This document shows positions 8,207-17,166 of a stretch of 64,000 nt of DNA, piece by piece. A model generated the notes under the pieces. It worked only from the letters and a program-made list of their open reading frames with translations, was not told the DNA's origin and made no database searches. The position numbers and the translations under genes are program-made. Each line of letters opens with the position of its first letter. The stretch's first letter is position 1. The DNA lies in NCBI GenBank assembly GCA_031385045.1, contig JANNBC010000028.1, forward strand, positions 1-64,000, in the 5' to 3' direction. Source of the stretch: a bacterium. Its GTDB lineage: Bacteria; Bdellovibrionota_C; UBA2361; CALJRW01.

Positions 8207-8554
8207 TTACTCTTTTTTTGACTCCTTCTCCGGTAATTCTTGCTCTTCCAGTAATGCCGCGTCAATTGTCTGTTTCACTGCTAATTCAATTGCTTGTCGT
8301 TGAGCTTCGGGTATCTTTGAATTAGAGAATAATTTTTCAGCCTCTTGTTCTACCATCTGTAATAACTCAGCGCGCTCCTGATAAGACATCTCTCTAGTTG
8401 GCATGCGACTGGCTCCCGACACTCCGGTCACGGCACCAACTTTTGATGTTTTACTGACCTGAGAAATCGCCTCAGATTTACGAACGGAATTTAGAGCATC
8501 AGTCTTATTAATACCTTTAATTTTTTTATCGTTTGAATCAATTCCATCAACCAT
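8207..8554 (-). CDS. Hypothetical protein downstream of a sigma factor (candidate anti-sigma or secreted substrate)
   Basis: RBS ggagag; S/T/K/G-rich, probably disordered N-terminus and helical C-terminus. Confidence 0.6.
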   Translation of the reverse strand: MVDGIDSNDKKIKGINKTDALNSVRKSEAISQVSKTSKVGAVTGVSGASRMPTREMSYQERAELLQMVEQEAEKLFSNSKIPEAQRQAIELAVKQTIDAALLEEQELPEKESKKE

Positions 8555-8589
8555 CTTTCTCTCCGTTCAATTTGAAAATCTATAAATTT

Positions 8590-9375
8590 TTAGTATTGCC
8601 CTGAAAATTCTGAGACCTTTTTCGTAAAGATTCCAAAATCTTCTTTATGAGCCATGACAACATTGGCATCTTTTAGCCCCGGTCGAATCCTTGGTGAGTC
8701 AAGCTCCTTTCCGGTGGAAACACTTTTCTGAAGGTATTCCATGATTACTTTATGTTCTCTAATTACATTAAGTTCGTCAGTGTTCCATTCTGTGGCAACG
8801 CCTCGTAATGATAATCCTTCCCAATATACTTTCCAGACAAGAAGTTGGTGAAGTGGTTCTAGATCAGAAAGATTAATAATTAATTGTTTGAACTCTGTAG
8901 CTTCTTCTGGATTAGAATCTTGAATGCCGTGTTTAGTAGAAATTAAACAAGCACTAATTAATAATTGTTGGATACCAACACGAACACCTTGTTCAGAATC
9001 ATCTTCGCTCGGCAAAATCCCCGATCTAATTTGAGGATATAATTCAAATAACTCGGCAGAAATTGCTCGCGCCAAGCGTTCTGTCCTTTTAGAATTACGA
9101 CTATCTTTCTCCCATGATTTACTATTACGAGCAGCTTCAGTAGAGGCTTCATGAATTCTTCTGCGGGCATAACTTTTAAAGGGCACTCCTAATTTGGGAT
9201 CAAATCTGCGAGCGCAAAAAATTAAAGCTTCAAATGCAGCCCCATCTAGACCGTCATCTTGCCAGTGTAAATTCCATCCTCGGGCTACAGATTTGGCAAT
9301 TTTTTCAGCCCAAATTTGATGCTCTAAGACTAACTCATTAGCTTCATCCATGCTTAAAATCGTTGTTTCGGTCAT
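8590..9375 (-). CDS. FliA/sigma28-like RNA polymerase sigma factor, divergent
   Basis: Region 2 (LDGAAFEALIFCARRFDPKLGVPFKSYARRRI) and region 4 (LEPLHQLLVWKVYWEGLSLRGVA). Confidence 0.8.
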   Translation of the reverse strand: MTETTILSMDEANELVLEHQIWAEKIAKSVARGWNLHWQDDGLDGAAFEALIFCARRFDPKLGVPFKSYARRRIHEASTEAARNSKSWEKDSRNSKRTERLARAISAELFELYPQIRSGILPSEDDSEQGVRVGIQQLLISACLISTKHGIQDSNPEEATEFKQLIINLSDLEPLHQLLVWKVYWEGLSLRGVATEWNTDELNVIREHKVIMEYLQKSVSTGKELDSPRIRPGLKDANVVMAHKEDFGIFTKKVSEFSGQY

Positions 9376-9529
9376 TTTATGTATTTTACATTAAAAATTT
9401 ACAATTCACCATCAGTTTATAGAAGCACTTCACAAACAATCTTCGATAGTCATTTTAGGTGCACTGCACTAATCGCAGAATAAATTTTAAAGCAGTTCAA
9501 ACTTATTAAATACTAACTTTGAACTAGCC

Positions 9530-9577
9530 GTGGATTCCAAAAAGTTATGTTTTATTACATTGCTTTTTGGAATCCAC
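9530..9577. repeat. Perfect 15-bp inverted repeat between the divergent sigma genes
   Basis: gtggattccaaaaag (9530-9544) / ctttttggaatccac (9563-9577); adjacent IR agttcaaa/tttgaact at 9494-9525. Confidence 0.8.
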
Positions 9578-9586
9578 TCATAAGGG

Positions 9587-10372
9587 ATGTTTGTTATGAG
9601 TAATTGTCGTTCAGAAGCCGAAAAAACTAAAGGTAAAATCTATGATTTTGCAAAAATAGTTGAGCGCAAGGAGTCCATAGCGACCCACCTCAGTATCCAT
9701 GAAAAAAACGGTTTAATTATGAAAAATAGGATACAGGGCCGTAAATTAGCCTGTAGTATGCTTAGAAAATGGAACTGCCGTTTAGATTTAGAAGAAGTTG
9801 ATAGTATTGTTGATTTGTCGCTATGCGAAGCAGTGAAGTATTTTGACCCAGCAAAAGGGGTAAATTTCTTAACTTTTTTATTCTATCACCTGCGGGGAAA
9901 TTTAATTCGAACAATTAAAATCCAAGCTAATCAAACTGCAATTCCTTTGGAATTTACAGATGAAAACATGGAGAGTGGATATATTGGTCATGAGCGAATT
10001 AATACTGCCGATGCCTTTGAAACTTTTGGTACTGTACAAAAGTCTCCCGATCAACAGTTTCAAGAAGGTCAGTTTTTTGAATTAACGAAGCAAGCTTGTG
10101 AAAAATTGTCTGATCTAGAACGAGAAATTATTCGGAATGTTTTTATCCACGAAGAGCAAGTTACGCAATTAGCGCAAGATTTAAATTATAGTCGTTGTCA
10201 TATTTCTAGATTAAAAACTGCCACGATTAATAAGCTTCGCTCCGAGATTGAAAAAATTACTGGAGAAAAAATTTCCATCTCTGAAGGTCTGGAATCTCCG
10301 CGTCGAGCTTTAGATACTCGTCATCGGGTTCGTAGCTTGAAAGTTAAGAAGGTTAAGAAGATAGCGGCTTAG
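9587..10372 (+). CDS. Sigma-70 family (FliA/SigF-like group 3) sigma factor
   Basis: LSLCEAVKYFDPAKGVNFLTFLFYHLRG; LSDLEREII..VTQLAQDLNYSRCHISRL (helix-turn-helix). Confidence 0.85.
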   Translation: MFVMSNCRSEAEKTKGKIYDFAKIVERKESIATHLSIHEKNGLIMKNRIQGRKLACSMLRKWNCRLDLEEVDSIVDLSLCEAVKYFDPAKGVNFLTFLFYHLRGNLIRTIKIQANQTAIPLEFTDENMESGYIGHERINTADAFETFGTVQKSPDQQFQEGQFFELTKQACEKLSDLEREIIRNVFIHEEQVTQLAQDLNYSRCHISRLKTATINKLRSEIEKITGEKISISEGLESPRRALDTRHRVRSLKVKKVKKIAA

Positions 10373-10487
10373 TATTGAGTTTGCTAGACGCTTCGATTTT
10401 ATAAGATATTGCTTATTAAAAGTTATATTCATCTAATTTTTTCAATTAGCTAGGTCCTGAGCATACTTTTCGTGATATTGCCTACAA

Positions 10488-10566
10488 TCCTCCTTCGCCA
10501 TGCTACGGAGGATATAGTGTTAGTGCTTTTTGTTCGCTTTGCGAACTTGGGTTTTTGAACACTATA
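10488..10566. repeat. REP-like palindrome plus adjacent IR-bounded element
   Basis: tcctccttcgccatgctacggagga nearly matches the reverse complement of 21421-21447; tatagtgtt/aacactata IR at 10513-10566. Confidence 0.7.
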
Positions 10567-10642
10567 GATTTGCGCCTAAGCTTAATGTCTAATATATAAT
10601 ATATACCTACAAACTGTATAGTTTTAAATTTATTATAGATAG

Positions 10643-11521
10643 ATGTTTCTGGCCTTTGTTAAGTTAATATTATTGATTCTAGGTGCATCGGCACTGATTA
10701 CACCAGGCGTTTATTATTTAGTACCTAAGTTGCTAACTCTCGAGGAGATGTGGCCTTATTCTCGAATTTACGACCGAGTCGCTTTAGCAGTTTTAATCTT
10801 AGGTCTTTATTATTTTCGTAAGCAGTTTCAACTTAAAGAATTAAAAGGGGATTTTAAACTTTGGTCAGAAGACCAGAAATGGACTAAGTTTTTTGTTGGT
10901 TTCTTAATAGCTCTTATCCCAGTCTTGTTAGTTTTACCTTTAATGGTTTACCAGGGACATTTAAGTTGGGCGGCAAGGGATCTACCCTACTATTTAGAAC
11001 GAACAGCTAAGCTCATCCCAACAATCTTTGTAGTCTCTTTTTTAGAAGAATTAGTTTTCCGAATTTTTATTTTTTGGACGCTTTATAAATCATTTGGATT
11101 AATTAAAAGTCTGCTTTTAAGCAGCGTTTTTTATTCTTTTGTTCATTTCATTGCTCCTGTTAAGACATTTAAAGTCCATGGCTATGATTTCCTTGCAGGC
11201 TTTGAGTATTACTTAGTTGTGATCGAAAGAATCTTAAGTTTTGATTTACTTTCGGCTTTGGTTATCTTGTTAACGATCGGAGCTTTTTTAGCATTACTCT
11301 TAAAGCAAACTCGATCACTCTTTTTGTGTGCTGGTTTTCATGGCGGTTGGATTGCTGCAATTAAAATTACGAAATTTTATACAGACATCCAAGATACTGG
11401 TGTTAGTAAACTTCAAGAGCAATATTTTCTATTAACTTTTCCTGCTACTTGGTTGGCAATGGGAATTACTTTGATCTTTGCTTATTTTCTTTTCTTTCGT
11501 GGTAAAAAATGGAACTATTAA
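10643..11521 (+). CDS. CPBP (CAAX/Abi) intramembrane glutamic endopeptidase
   Basis: EELVFR, FVH and FHGGW motifs; polytopic. Confidence 0.85.
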   Translation: MFLAFVKLILLILGASALITPGVYYLVPKLLTLEEMWPYSRIYDRVALAVLILGLYYFRKQFQLKELKGDFKLWSEDQKWTKFFVGFLIALIPVLLVLPLMVYQGHLSWAARDLPYYLERTAKLIPTIFVVSFLEELVFRIFIFWTLYKSFGLIKSLLLSSVFYSFVHFIAPVKTFKVHGYDFLAGFEYYLVVIERILSFDLLSALVILLTIGAFLALLLKQTRSLFLCAGFHGGWIAAIKITKFYTDIQDTGVSKLQEQYFLLTFPATWLAMGITLIFAYFLFFRGKKWNY

Positions 11522-12126
11522 TTGCTAGTAACAACTTAGGGAAGGTTGCTGAGATTAAGCGTTATTTACAGACACTCGATTTACAAGTTTATAGTTTAGG
11601 CGAGTGGCAGTTAGTTAAGAATATCTCTGGAGCACTGCCTGATCCTGAGGAGAATGGTCAGACTTATCAAGAAAATGCCTTAATCAAGGCACAAGCCTGC
11701 TTTGAATGGGCTGGAATTCCCTGTCTTGCTGATGATACTGGACTAGAAGTGGAGGCTTTGGATAACGGCCCAGGGCTATACACTGCCCGATATGCCGGAG
11801 TAAATGCTACGTATGCAGACAATATTTCTAAGATGCAACAGGAGTTACAGGGGGTTGGTAATCGTCAAGCAAAATTTAAAGCCTGTTTAGCATATTTTGA
11901 CGGGTCTCGAGTGGAAATTTTTAATGGTGAGGTTTCTGGCGAAATTTTAGCGGAGCAACAAGGTAGTGGTGGCTTTGGTTATGATCCAATTTTTAAGCCG
12001 ATCGGAAGAAACCAAACATTCGCCGAGTTAAAAATTTCTGAGCCTGATTTTTTAACTCATCGAGTTAAGGCATTAACAAAGTTTAAAGAATTTTTACTTG
12101 CTTCAGTGCTTCATAAAGTACAATAG
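11509..12126 (+). CDS. rdgB: Non-canonical purine NTP pyrophosphatase RdgB/HAM1
   Basis: ASNNLGK, ENA.IKA, ADDTGLEVEAL..GPG, GFGYDPIF, THR. Confidence 0.95.
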   Translation: MELLIASNNLGKVAEIKRYLQTLDLQVYSLGEWQLVKNISGALPDPEENGQTYQENALIKAQACFEWAGIPCLADDTGLEVEALDNGPGLYTARYAGVNATYADNISKMQQELQGVGNRQAKFKACLAYFDGSRVEIFNGEVSGEILAEQQGSGGFGYDPIFKPIGRNQTFAELKISEPDFLTHRVKALTKFKEFLLASVLHKVQ

Positions 12127-12538
12127 ATACAGCATTACTAAGATTTAGGCTGCGCACTCCCTTTTCTAGCATCGGGATTTGCAAATGTTGTTCGATTGGA
12201 AATTGCGACATAAACTCACTGCCTAGTCCTTTTGTCTCACTTCCAAAAACTAAACAATCATCAACATGAAAGTCAGCCTGATAGTAAGGAATAGTTGCAA
12301 ATTTGCTCAGTAGCCAGATTTTTCGTGGGCGATGCTTTAAGTTATATTCCTCCCATTCTAAATATTGTTCCATTTGGACAAAGGGCCAGTAGTCTAGTCC
12401 AGCTCTTTTAACGGTTCGATCCGAAATCTCAAAAGCTGGTTTTCCAATAATTATTAATGGTGTTTTAGTCGCGGCACAAGTTCTAGCTATGGAGCCTGTG
12501 TTTTGAGGGATTTGTGGATTTACTAGGGCGATGTGCAT
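12083..12538 (-). CDS. trmL: tRNA (cytidine(34)-2'-O)-methyltransferase TrmL
   Basis: PQIPQNTG, KRAGLDYW, FGSETKGL, RSLNLSNA; start taken at MHIALV. Confidence 0.95.
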   Translation of the reverse strand: MHIALVNPQIPQNTGSIARTCAATKTPLIIIGKPAFEISDRTVKRAGLDYWPFVQMEQYLEWEEYNLKHRPRKIWLLSKFATIPYYQADFHVDDCLVFGSETKGLGSEFMSQFPIEQHLQIPMLEKGVRSLNLSNAVSIVLYEALKQVKIL

Positions 12539-12641
12539 TATGCAAGTTATAGCCAAAAGCTTTAAATTTTTCAATTTTATGCTATAGATACTGCAAAAAT
12601 TATTTGCTTAAGCCAAAAAGTTTTACCGAGAGTTATAAGAA

Positions 12642-13415
12642 ATGTTAAATGCAACTTTAGTCAAAAAAATTGAGATTACTGAGAATCTTTTAATTTATCG
12701 CGTTAAGCCAGACGAAGGAATTCCTGATTTTATTCCTGGTCAATATGTTGCCTTAGGTTTAATGCCAGAGAGCCCAAGACCCACTCATTTTCCAGTGGAA
12801 TTGCATCCGCAGAAGCCAGAGAAGTTAATTAAGAGAACATACTCGATTGGCTCCTCGCCGGTAGAGAAAGATTATTTTGAATTTTATTTAGCTATTGTGC
12901 CTGATGGTACTTTAAGTTCTAGATTATGCTACTTGGAAGAAGGGGAGAGGTTGTATTGTGCTCCAAAAGTCACCGGTAAATTTACGCTAGAAGCCGTTCC
13001 GTTGGATGCTAATGTTGTGATGATTGCTACTGGCACAGGACTTGCTCCATTTTTGGCAATGCTGCGAACTCCAAGTACTTGGGAGCGTCCTGGTAAAATC
13101 TCACTTGTTTATGGTGTTAGATATGAAACAGATATCGCCTACTTGGAAGAACTGCAAGCCTTAACTAAAGAGCATGAACAGTTTTCTTTTGCGGTTACCG
13201 TTAGCCGGGCAACGGAAAACTGGCCAGGGCACAAAGGATATGTTCAGGGCTTATTTGAATCTAAGGAAATTATTTTAGATCCAGCAAAAGATCATTTGAT
13301 GTTGTGTGGTAATCCCGCTATGATTGATGATATGCAAAAATATTTAGAGTCTCAGGGCTTTATTGAAAATACGCGCAAATTAAGTGGTAATATTCATTTA
13401 GAAAAATACTGGTAA
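12642..13415 (+). CDS. fpr: Ferredoxin--NADP+ reductase
   Basis: PGQY, RTYSIGS, ATGTGLAPF, LCGNPAM, C-terminal EKYW. Confidence 0.92.
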   Translation: MLNATLVKKIEITENLLIYRVKPDEGIPDFIPGQYVALGLMPESPRPTHFPVELHPQKPEKLIKRTYSIGSSPVEKDYFEFYLAIVPDGTLSSRLCYLEEGERLYCAPKVTGKFTLEAVPLDANVVMIATGTGLAPFLAMLRTPSTWERPGKISLVYGVRYETDIAYLEELQALTKEHEQFSFAVTVSRATENWPGHKGYVQGLFESKEIILDPAKDHLMLCGNPAMIDDMQKYLESQGFIENTRKLSGNIHLEKYW

Positions 13416-13420
13416 ACACT

Positions 13421-13741
13421 ATGAGTCAAGATGAACAAAGAAAACAAGAGCTTTCACTCTGGGCAAAATTCATCGAAGTCCTAAATACTACTTCATTGTT
13501 TCGTTTCATTAAATCTAAAACCAGAACTGAGTGGTCAAATACTTTTAAAGATTTAATCTCTTCAAATTATCAAAAATTAACTAACAGCACCGAAAAGTCC
13601 TTAGTCATCGGTTTCTTAGGCGGTGTCTTTGCCGTTCTTTTTCTAAAAACAATTCTATTTTTAGTTCTACTAATTGTTGCTGTGGCATTACTGATTTGGG
13701 TGATTGCTGATGAGCAACGGGTTATGCCTGGGGATGAGTAG
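13421..13741 (+). CDS. Hypothetical membrane protein
   Basis: 106 aa with two C-terminal TMs, 5 nt after fpr. Confidence 0.6.
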   Translation: MSQDEQRKQELSLWAKFIEVLNTTSLFRFIKSKTRTEWSNTFKDLISSNYQKLTNSTEKSLVIGFLGGVFAVLFLKTILFLVLLIVAVALLIWVIADEQRVMPGDE

Positions 13742-13796
13742 GCTCTAAGCTTGCTGATCATATTATTCATTTAAGAGTCCTCTTTCTAAATAATCG

Positions 13797-13911
13797 ATCC
13801 ACCGTCGCCTGAAGTTATTAGGTTTCATCTAGAACTTTAAGAGGCTTTGGTGGATAAATTTTAGGAAGCTTGCCAAGTAAGCTTCCTAAGATTTAGAATA
13901 ATTATTCTAAA
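13797..13911. repeat. Cluster of three tandem palindromes
   Basis: atccaccgtcgcct/aggctttggtggat; ttaggaagctt/aagcttcctaa; tttagaataattattctaaa. Confidence 0.7.
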
Positions 13912-14017
13912 GTCTTATCTAAAATAATCTTTTTTAATCAAAATATTTAATGACTTAGCAGTAGGGATACGAATCTATCACTTGCTGCTTAGAATATTTT
14001 GGTTAAATGATAAGGTT

Positions 14018-14404
14018 ATGAATAAAGAAGAAGACTTTACGCAAATATCGTTTGAATTAGAGGAAGCCGGCTTGATTTGGCAACCAGCTTTTGGTGATGA
14101 GATTGTTGTTAGGAAAGAGCCAGTCAGAATCTCAGTGCTAGTTGATTCTGCCGGGCTAACACCGGAAGAGCTTCGTGATGTTTATATTTGGCGCCCATCA
14201 GTGGAGCAGATGATTTTACAAGTTGAGGTGCGGCAGGCAATTTTAAAGCATAGTGGCTTAGAATTAAGTCCTACAGCAATTAAATATTTAACTATCTTAG
14301 ATACCCATTACGGAAAGATTGAGGCTAGAGCCAATAGTTTTAGAGATTCTATCGGTCTTGGATTAAAGGATTTATTGTTAATTAGTTCGAGTCCGATTCA
14401 TTAG
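14018..14404 (+). CDS. Hypothetical protein
   Basis: ORF with globular composition (GLIWQP..GDE, IWRPSVEQM); start taken at the first ATG. Confidence 0.6.
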   Translation: MNKEEDFTQISFELEEAGLIWQPAFGDEIVVRKEPVRISVLVDSAGLTPEELRDVYIWRPSVEQMILQVEVRQAILKHSGLELSPTAIKYLTILDTHYGKIEARANSFRDSIGLGLKDLLLISSSPIH

Positions 14405-15005
14405 TTTTTTGTAGTTGCTTAGCTTTCCGGCGTCGGTAGTACCAATAAAGAACGCTTGCGGTAATCACTACAGCCATAACTATTTCTGATTTTTGGATAT
14501 AGCCACGGATCGATTGATAGTTCTCTGAAGCATAATAGCCAATTGTAATCATGATTGTGGAGCTAATTAGTGCTGCCAGCATATCAGCAAACAGGTAACG
14601 TAAGAATTTCATCTTAACTGCGCCACAGCAGATAAAAGTAATTGTCCGCAAGTAGAATAGGTGTCTTCCTAGAAAAATTGCTAAGATAAAATTTTTATCT
14701 AATCTGGCGCGAACGGCCTTGATTTTAGAGGGGGGGATTCGGTTTCGAAACCAGCGCTTACTAAAAAGGTTTATTCCAAAGCGAAAGCCAATTCCATAGA
14801 GGATCATGTCTCCAACAACGATTGAAACATAGGCTATTAAGAAAGCCCATTGTAGCTCCACCAGATTTCTTTGAACTAAAATTCCAACAATTATTAGGAT
14901 TAAATCTTCGGGAAAGGGTAAGAAGAATGCTCCCCCAATTAGGGTTAAGCAAATTAACAAATATAAGAATTGCCCTTCCTGGGCCAAAAACCAATCTGTG
15001 AACAT
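14382..15005 (-). CDS. DedA family membrane protein
   Basis: LPFPEDL, GDMILYGIG, IFLGRH..LR; start taken at MFTDW. Confidence 0.9.
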   Translation of the reverse strand: MFTDWFLAQEGQFLYLLICLTLIGGAFFLPFPEDLILIIVGILVQRNLVELQWAFLIAYVSIVVGDMILYGIGFRFGINLFSKRWFRNRIPPSKIKAVRARLDKNFILAIFLGRHLFYLRTITFICCGAVKMKFLRYLFADMLAALISSTIMITIGYYASENYQSIRGYIQKSEIVMAVVITASVLYWYYRRRKAKQLQKTNESDSN

Positions 15006-15177
15006 AAGGAAGAGTAGTCTAGTACTTTTTTGGGTTGAAGGAAAGTAATCATACCTAGAGATGGATTTGCTTAAAACTAAGATTTGAATAGACTTATTAC
15101 TTACAGAAGTTACTTGATTTAAACTACTTTTTAAAAAATATCTAAAGTTTTCAATTTCAATCAATCCCAAGCATTTT

Positions 15178-17166
15178 ATGTTAGATGGTAAAATAGAAAT
15201 TAGTCCCGTCCACCAAGATTACTTAGCTGCATCGCTTGGTTTTATAGAAAAGTATTATCCAGATTTTAGTCATCAACAAAAGATTTTTTTAGTAATAGCT
15301 TGCATGGCACTGGCATTTCCTGAGCGGCGAGCAGAGCTGGCTGGCCAGCCAGATGCTTATTTAGATTTTGCCAAGGATCGTATTCAGCAGGTCCTGGTTC
15401 GTGCTCAAGCAGAAGTTGTTAAGGTAGACGAACAGCTTCTCAATAATTACTTAGCAAATTTTCAAGAAATCTTTAATGCCCGTGGACAATATTTAGATCG
15501 CAGGGAAATTATTAGAGAGTTAGTAGAAGTTGGTGTTTTAAAAGAGCAAAATGGGCAATTCTTAATTCTTGGAAAATATGCTGATGGAATAGTTCATTTT
15601 GGAGACTGTGACTTTCTTTTAGAGGCTGGAAACTTAATTACTGATATCAATAATCTTAGATCTTCAAAAATACTGAGTGTTGATTCTGATGAAAAAACTT
15701 CTAGGTTTGTGATGAAGTTTGAGCACGGAATATCGCCTGTAATTGATGGCCAGATTATTCACCAAGTAGGCCAAGTTTTTCCGGATTATTTTGTTAGTTT
15801 AGATTTTATTCATCAACACCAAATAGTTGGGATTTATCTTAATGATCAGCGATACTTTTTATTCTCTGGTGAGAAGACGCTGTTTGAGTTTGATTCTAAG
15901 CCTTATGACTTTAGTTTTTCTGAAAACTTTAGTGAGCCTACAGGATATGTACTGACTGAAAAATCAGCCTATTATTTTGTACTAGGCGAACTAAGGTTTC
16001 AAACGTCATTAGCTGACTTTAGTATTCGTACAATCAATTTCTCCTTTTGTATTTCGGAAGTGGGTAATATTGAGACTTATTTTTGGGGAACTTTAGAGAA
16101 AGAGGAAGCAACAATCCCTTTTTTACTTGCTCCAATTGAAGAGCTGACTGGCTTTGGTGCAATCAAAGATACCATCCAGTTTTTGCATTATCAGAGAGTT
16201 GGTTTTGGTAAATATCAAACAGAATCTGGGATCGTCTATTCCTTATCTGGAAAATCAATGCAAACTTTGCGTGGAGAACTAATTACAGAATTTCTACCAA
16301 ATCCAGATTTCGAACAAAGCGGTTTGGCATTGATTAGGACAACAAACTGTAGTTTTCCAATGGTCCAAGGGCAGATCTATACTAGTTTTGAGAATGCTCG
16401 CATTGAACAGTTTATTCCGCTAGAGACAAGTTTTCAGTATCGTGAGTTAACTGGTTGGCTGATAACAAATCTGGGAGTGAAATTAGTTATCGAGGGTGAG
16501 ACCTTTAATTTACCAGATGGTTTAAGCTTTTGTTACGACCCAGAAACTCCACCACAGATTTTTCTTGATCATTTCAAGCAAATCTATTTTGTAGGTCCGG
16601 TCATGAATGATCTCGGAGAGATTAATCAGTTAGTCTTAATGGCTGGGCGTGAAATTCAAATTATAGTGAGCGATCAAGGTCTCGATAGTCAGACGGTTAG
16701 TGGCTATCGTAATCTTTATGTGAATGGACATGGTGATTTTCAATGTGTCTTAGAGTTCGGTAACGCTGAAAGAATTTTTTCGGGAGAGAGAAAAGGAGAC
16801 ACTTATGAGGTTTCGCTTGGAAAATTTGATGCCGCTAAGTTGACTTTGGTTGGATTTAATATCTTTGGTGAGTATATTGCCGATGGCAAGCTCCACCCAT
16901 TTTTAGGTCAAGAAATGCTTGCGAGAATGGTAGGTGTTGAGGTTGATCAAGTAGCAATTATTGATGAGAATACGCACGTGACACTGTTTCATTCCAAGGC
17001 TCATTCCCAAGGTTTGGTTATCGGGGACAAAATTCATTTTGAAGGTGAGCAATTTCGAGAACTAGAACTTTCTAGTTCTGAAAAGGGAGATACGACTAGG
17101 GTTGATTTTGGTTTTTGCAGGAAGAATATCAAGCATCAATACGGTTTTACGTTATATTATAGTTAG
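15178..17166 (+). CDS. Hypothetical protein with degenerate beta-rich repeats
   Basis: 662-aa ORF with recurring P/L-V-I-x-G-Q/E units. Confidence 0.65.
   Translation: MLDGKIEISPVHQDYLAASLGFIEKYYPDFSHQQKIFLVIACMALAFPERRAELAGQPDAYLDFAKDRIQQVLVRAQAEVVKVDEQLLNNYLANFQEIFNARGQYLDRREIIRELVEVGVLKEQNGQFLILGKYADGIVHFGDCDFLLEAGNLITDINNLRSSKILSVDSDEKTSRFVMKFEHGISPVIDGQIIHQVGQVFPDYFVSLDFIHQHQIVGIYLNDQRYFLFSGEKTLFEFDSKPYDFSFSENFSEPTGYVLTEKSAYYFVLGELRFQTSLADFSIRTINFSFCISEVGNIETYFWGTLEKEEATIPFLLAPIEELTGFGAIKDTIQFLHYQRVGFGKYQTESGIVYSLSGKSMQTLRGELITEFLPNPDFEQSGLALIRTTNCSFPMVQGQIYTSFENARIEQFIPLETSFQYRELTGWLITNLGVKLVIEGETFNLPDGLSFCYDPETPPQIFLDHFKQIYFVGPVMNDLGEINQLVLMAGREIQIIVSDQGLDSQTVSGYRNLYVNGHGDFQCVLEFGNAERIFSGERKGDTYEVSLGKFDAAKLTLVGFNIFGEYIADGKLHPFLGQEMLARMVGVEVDQVAIIDENTHVTLFHSKAHSQGLVIGDKIHFEGEQFRELELSSSEKGDTTRVDFGFCRKNIKHQYGFTLYYS

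Noticed and set aside
13797..13911. Palindrome clusters as a CRISPR array or integron attC sites
   Set aside because: No regularly spaced direct repeats, no cas or integrase genes, and no consistent attC core sites.
15006..15170. N-terminal extensions from the ORF track for DedA (and likewise trmL, panB, map, SLT)
   Set aside because: Family similarity begins at downstream ATGs; the extensions look like intergenic read-through.
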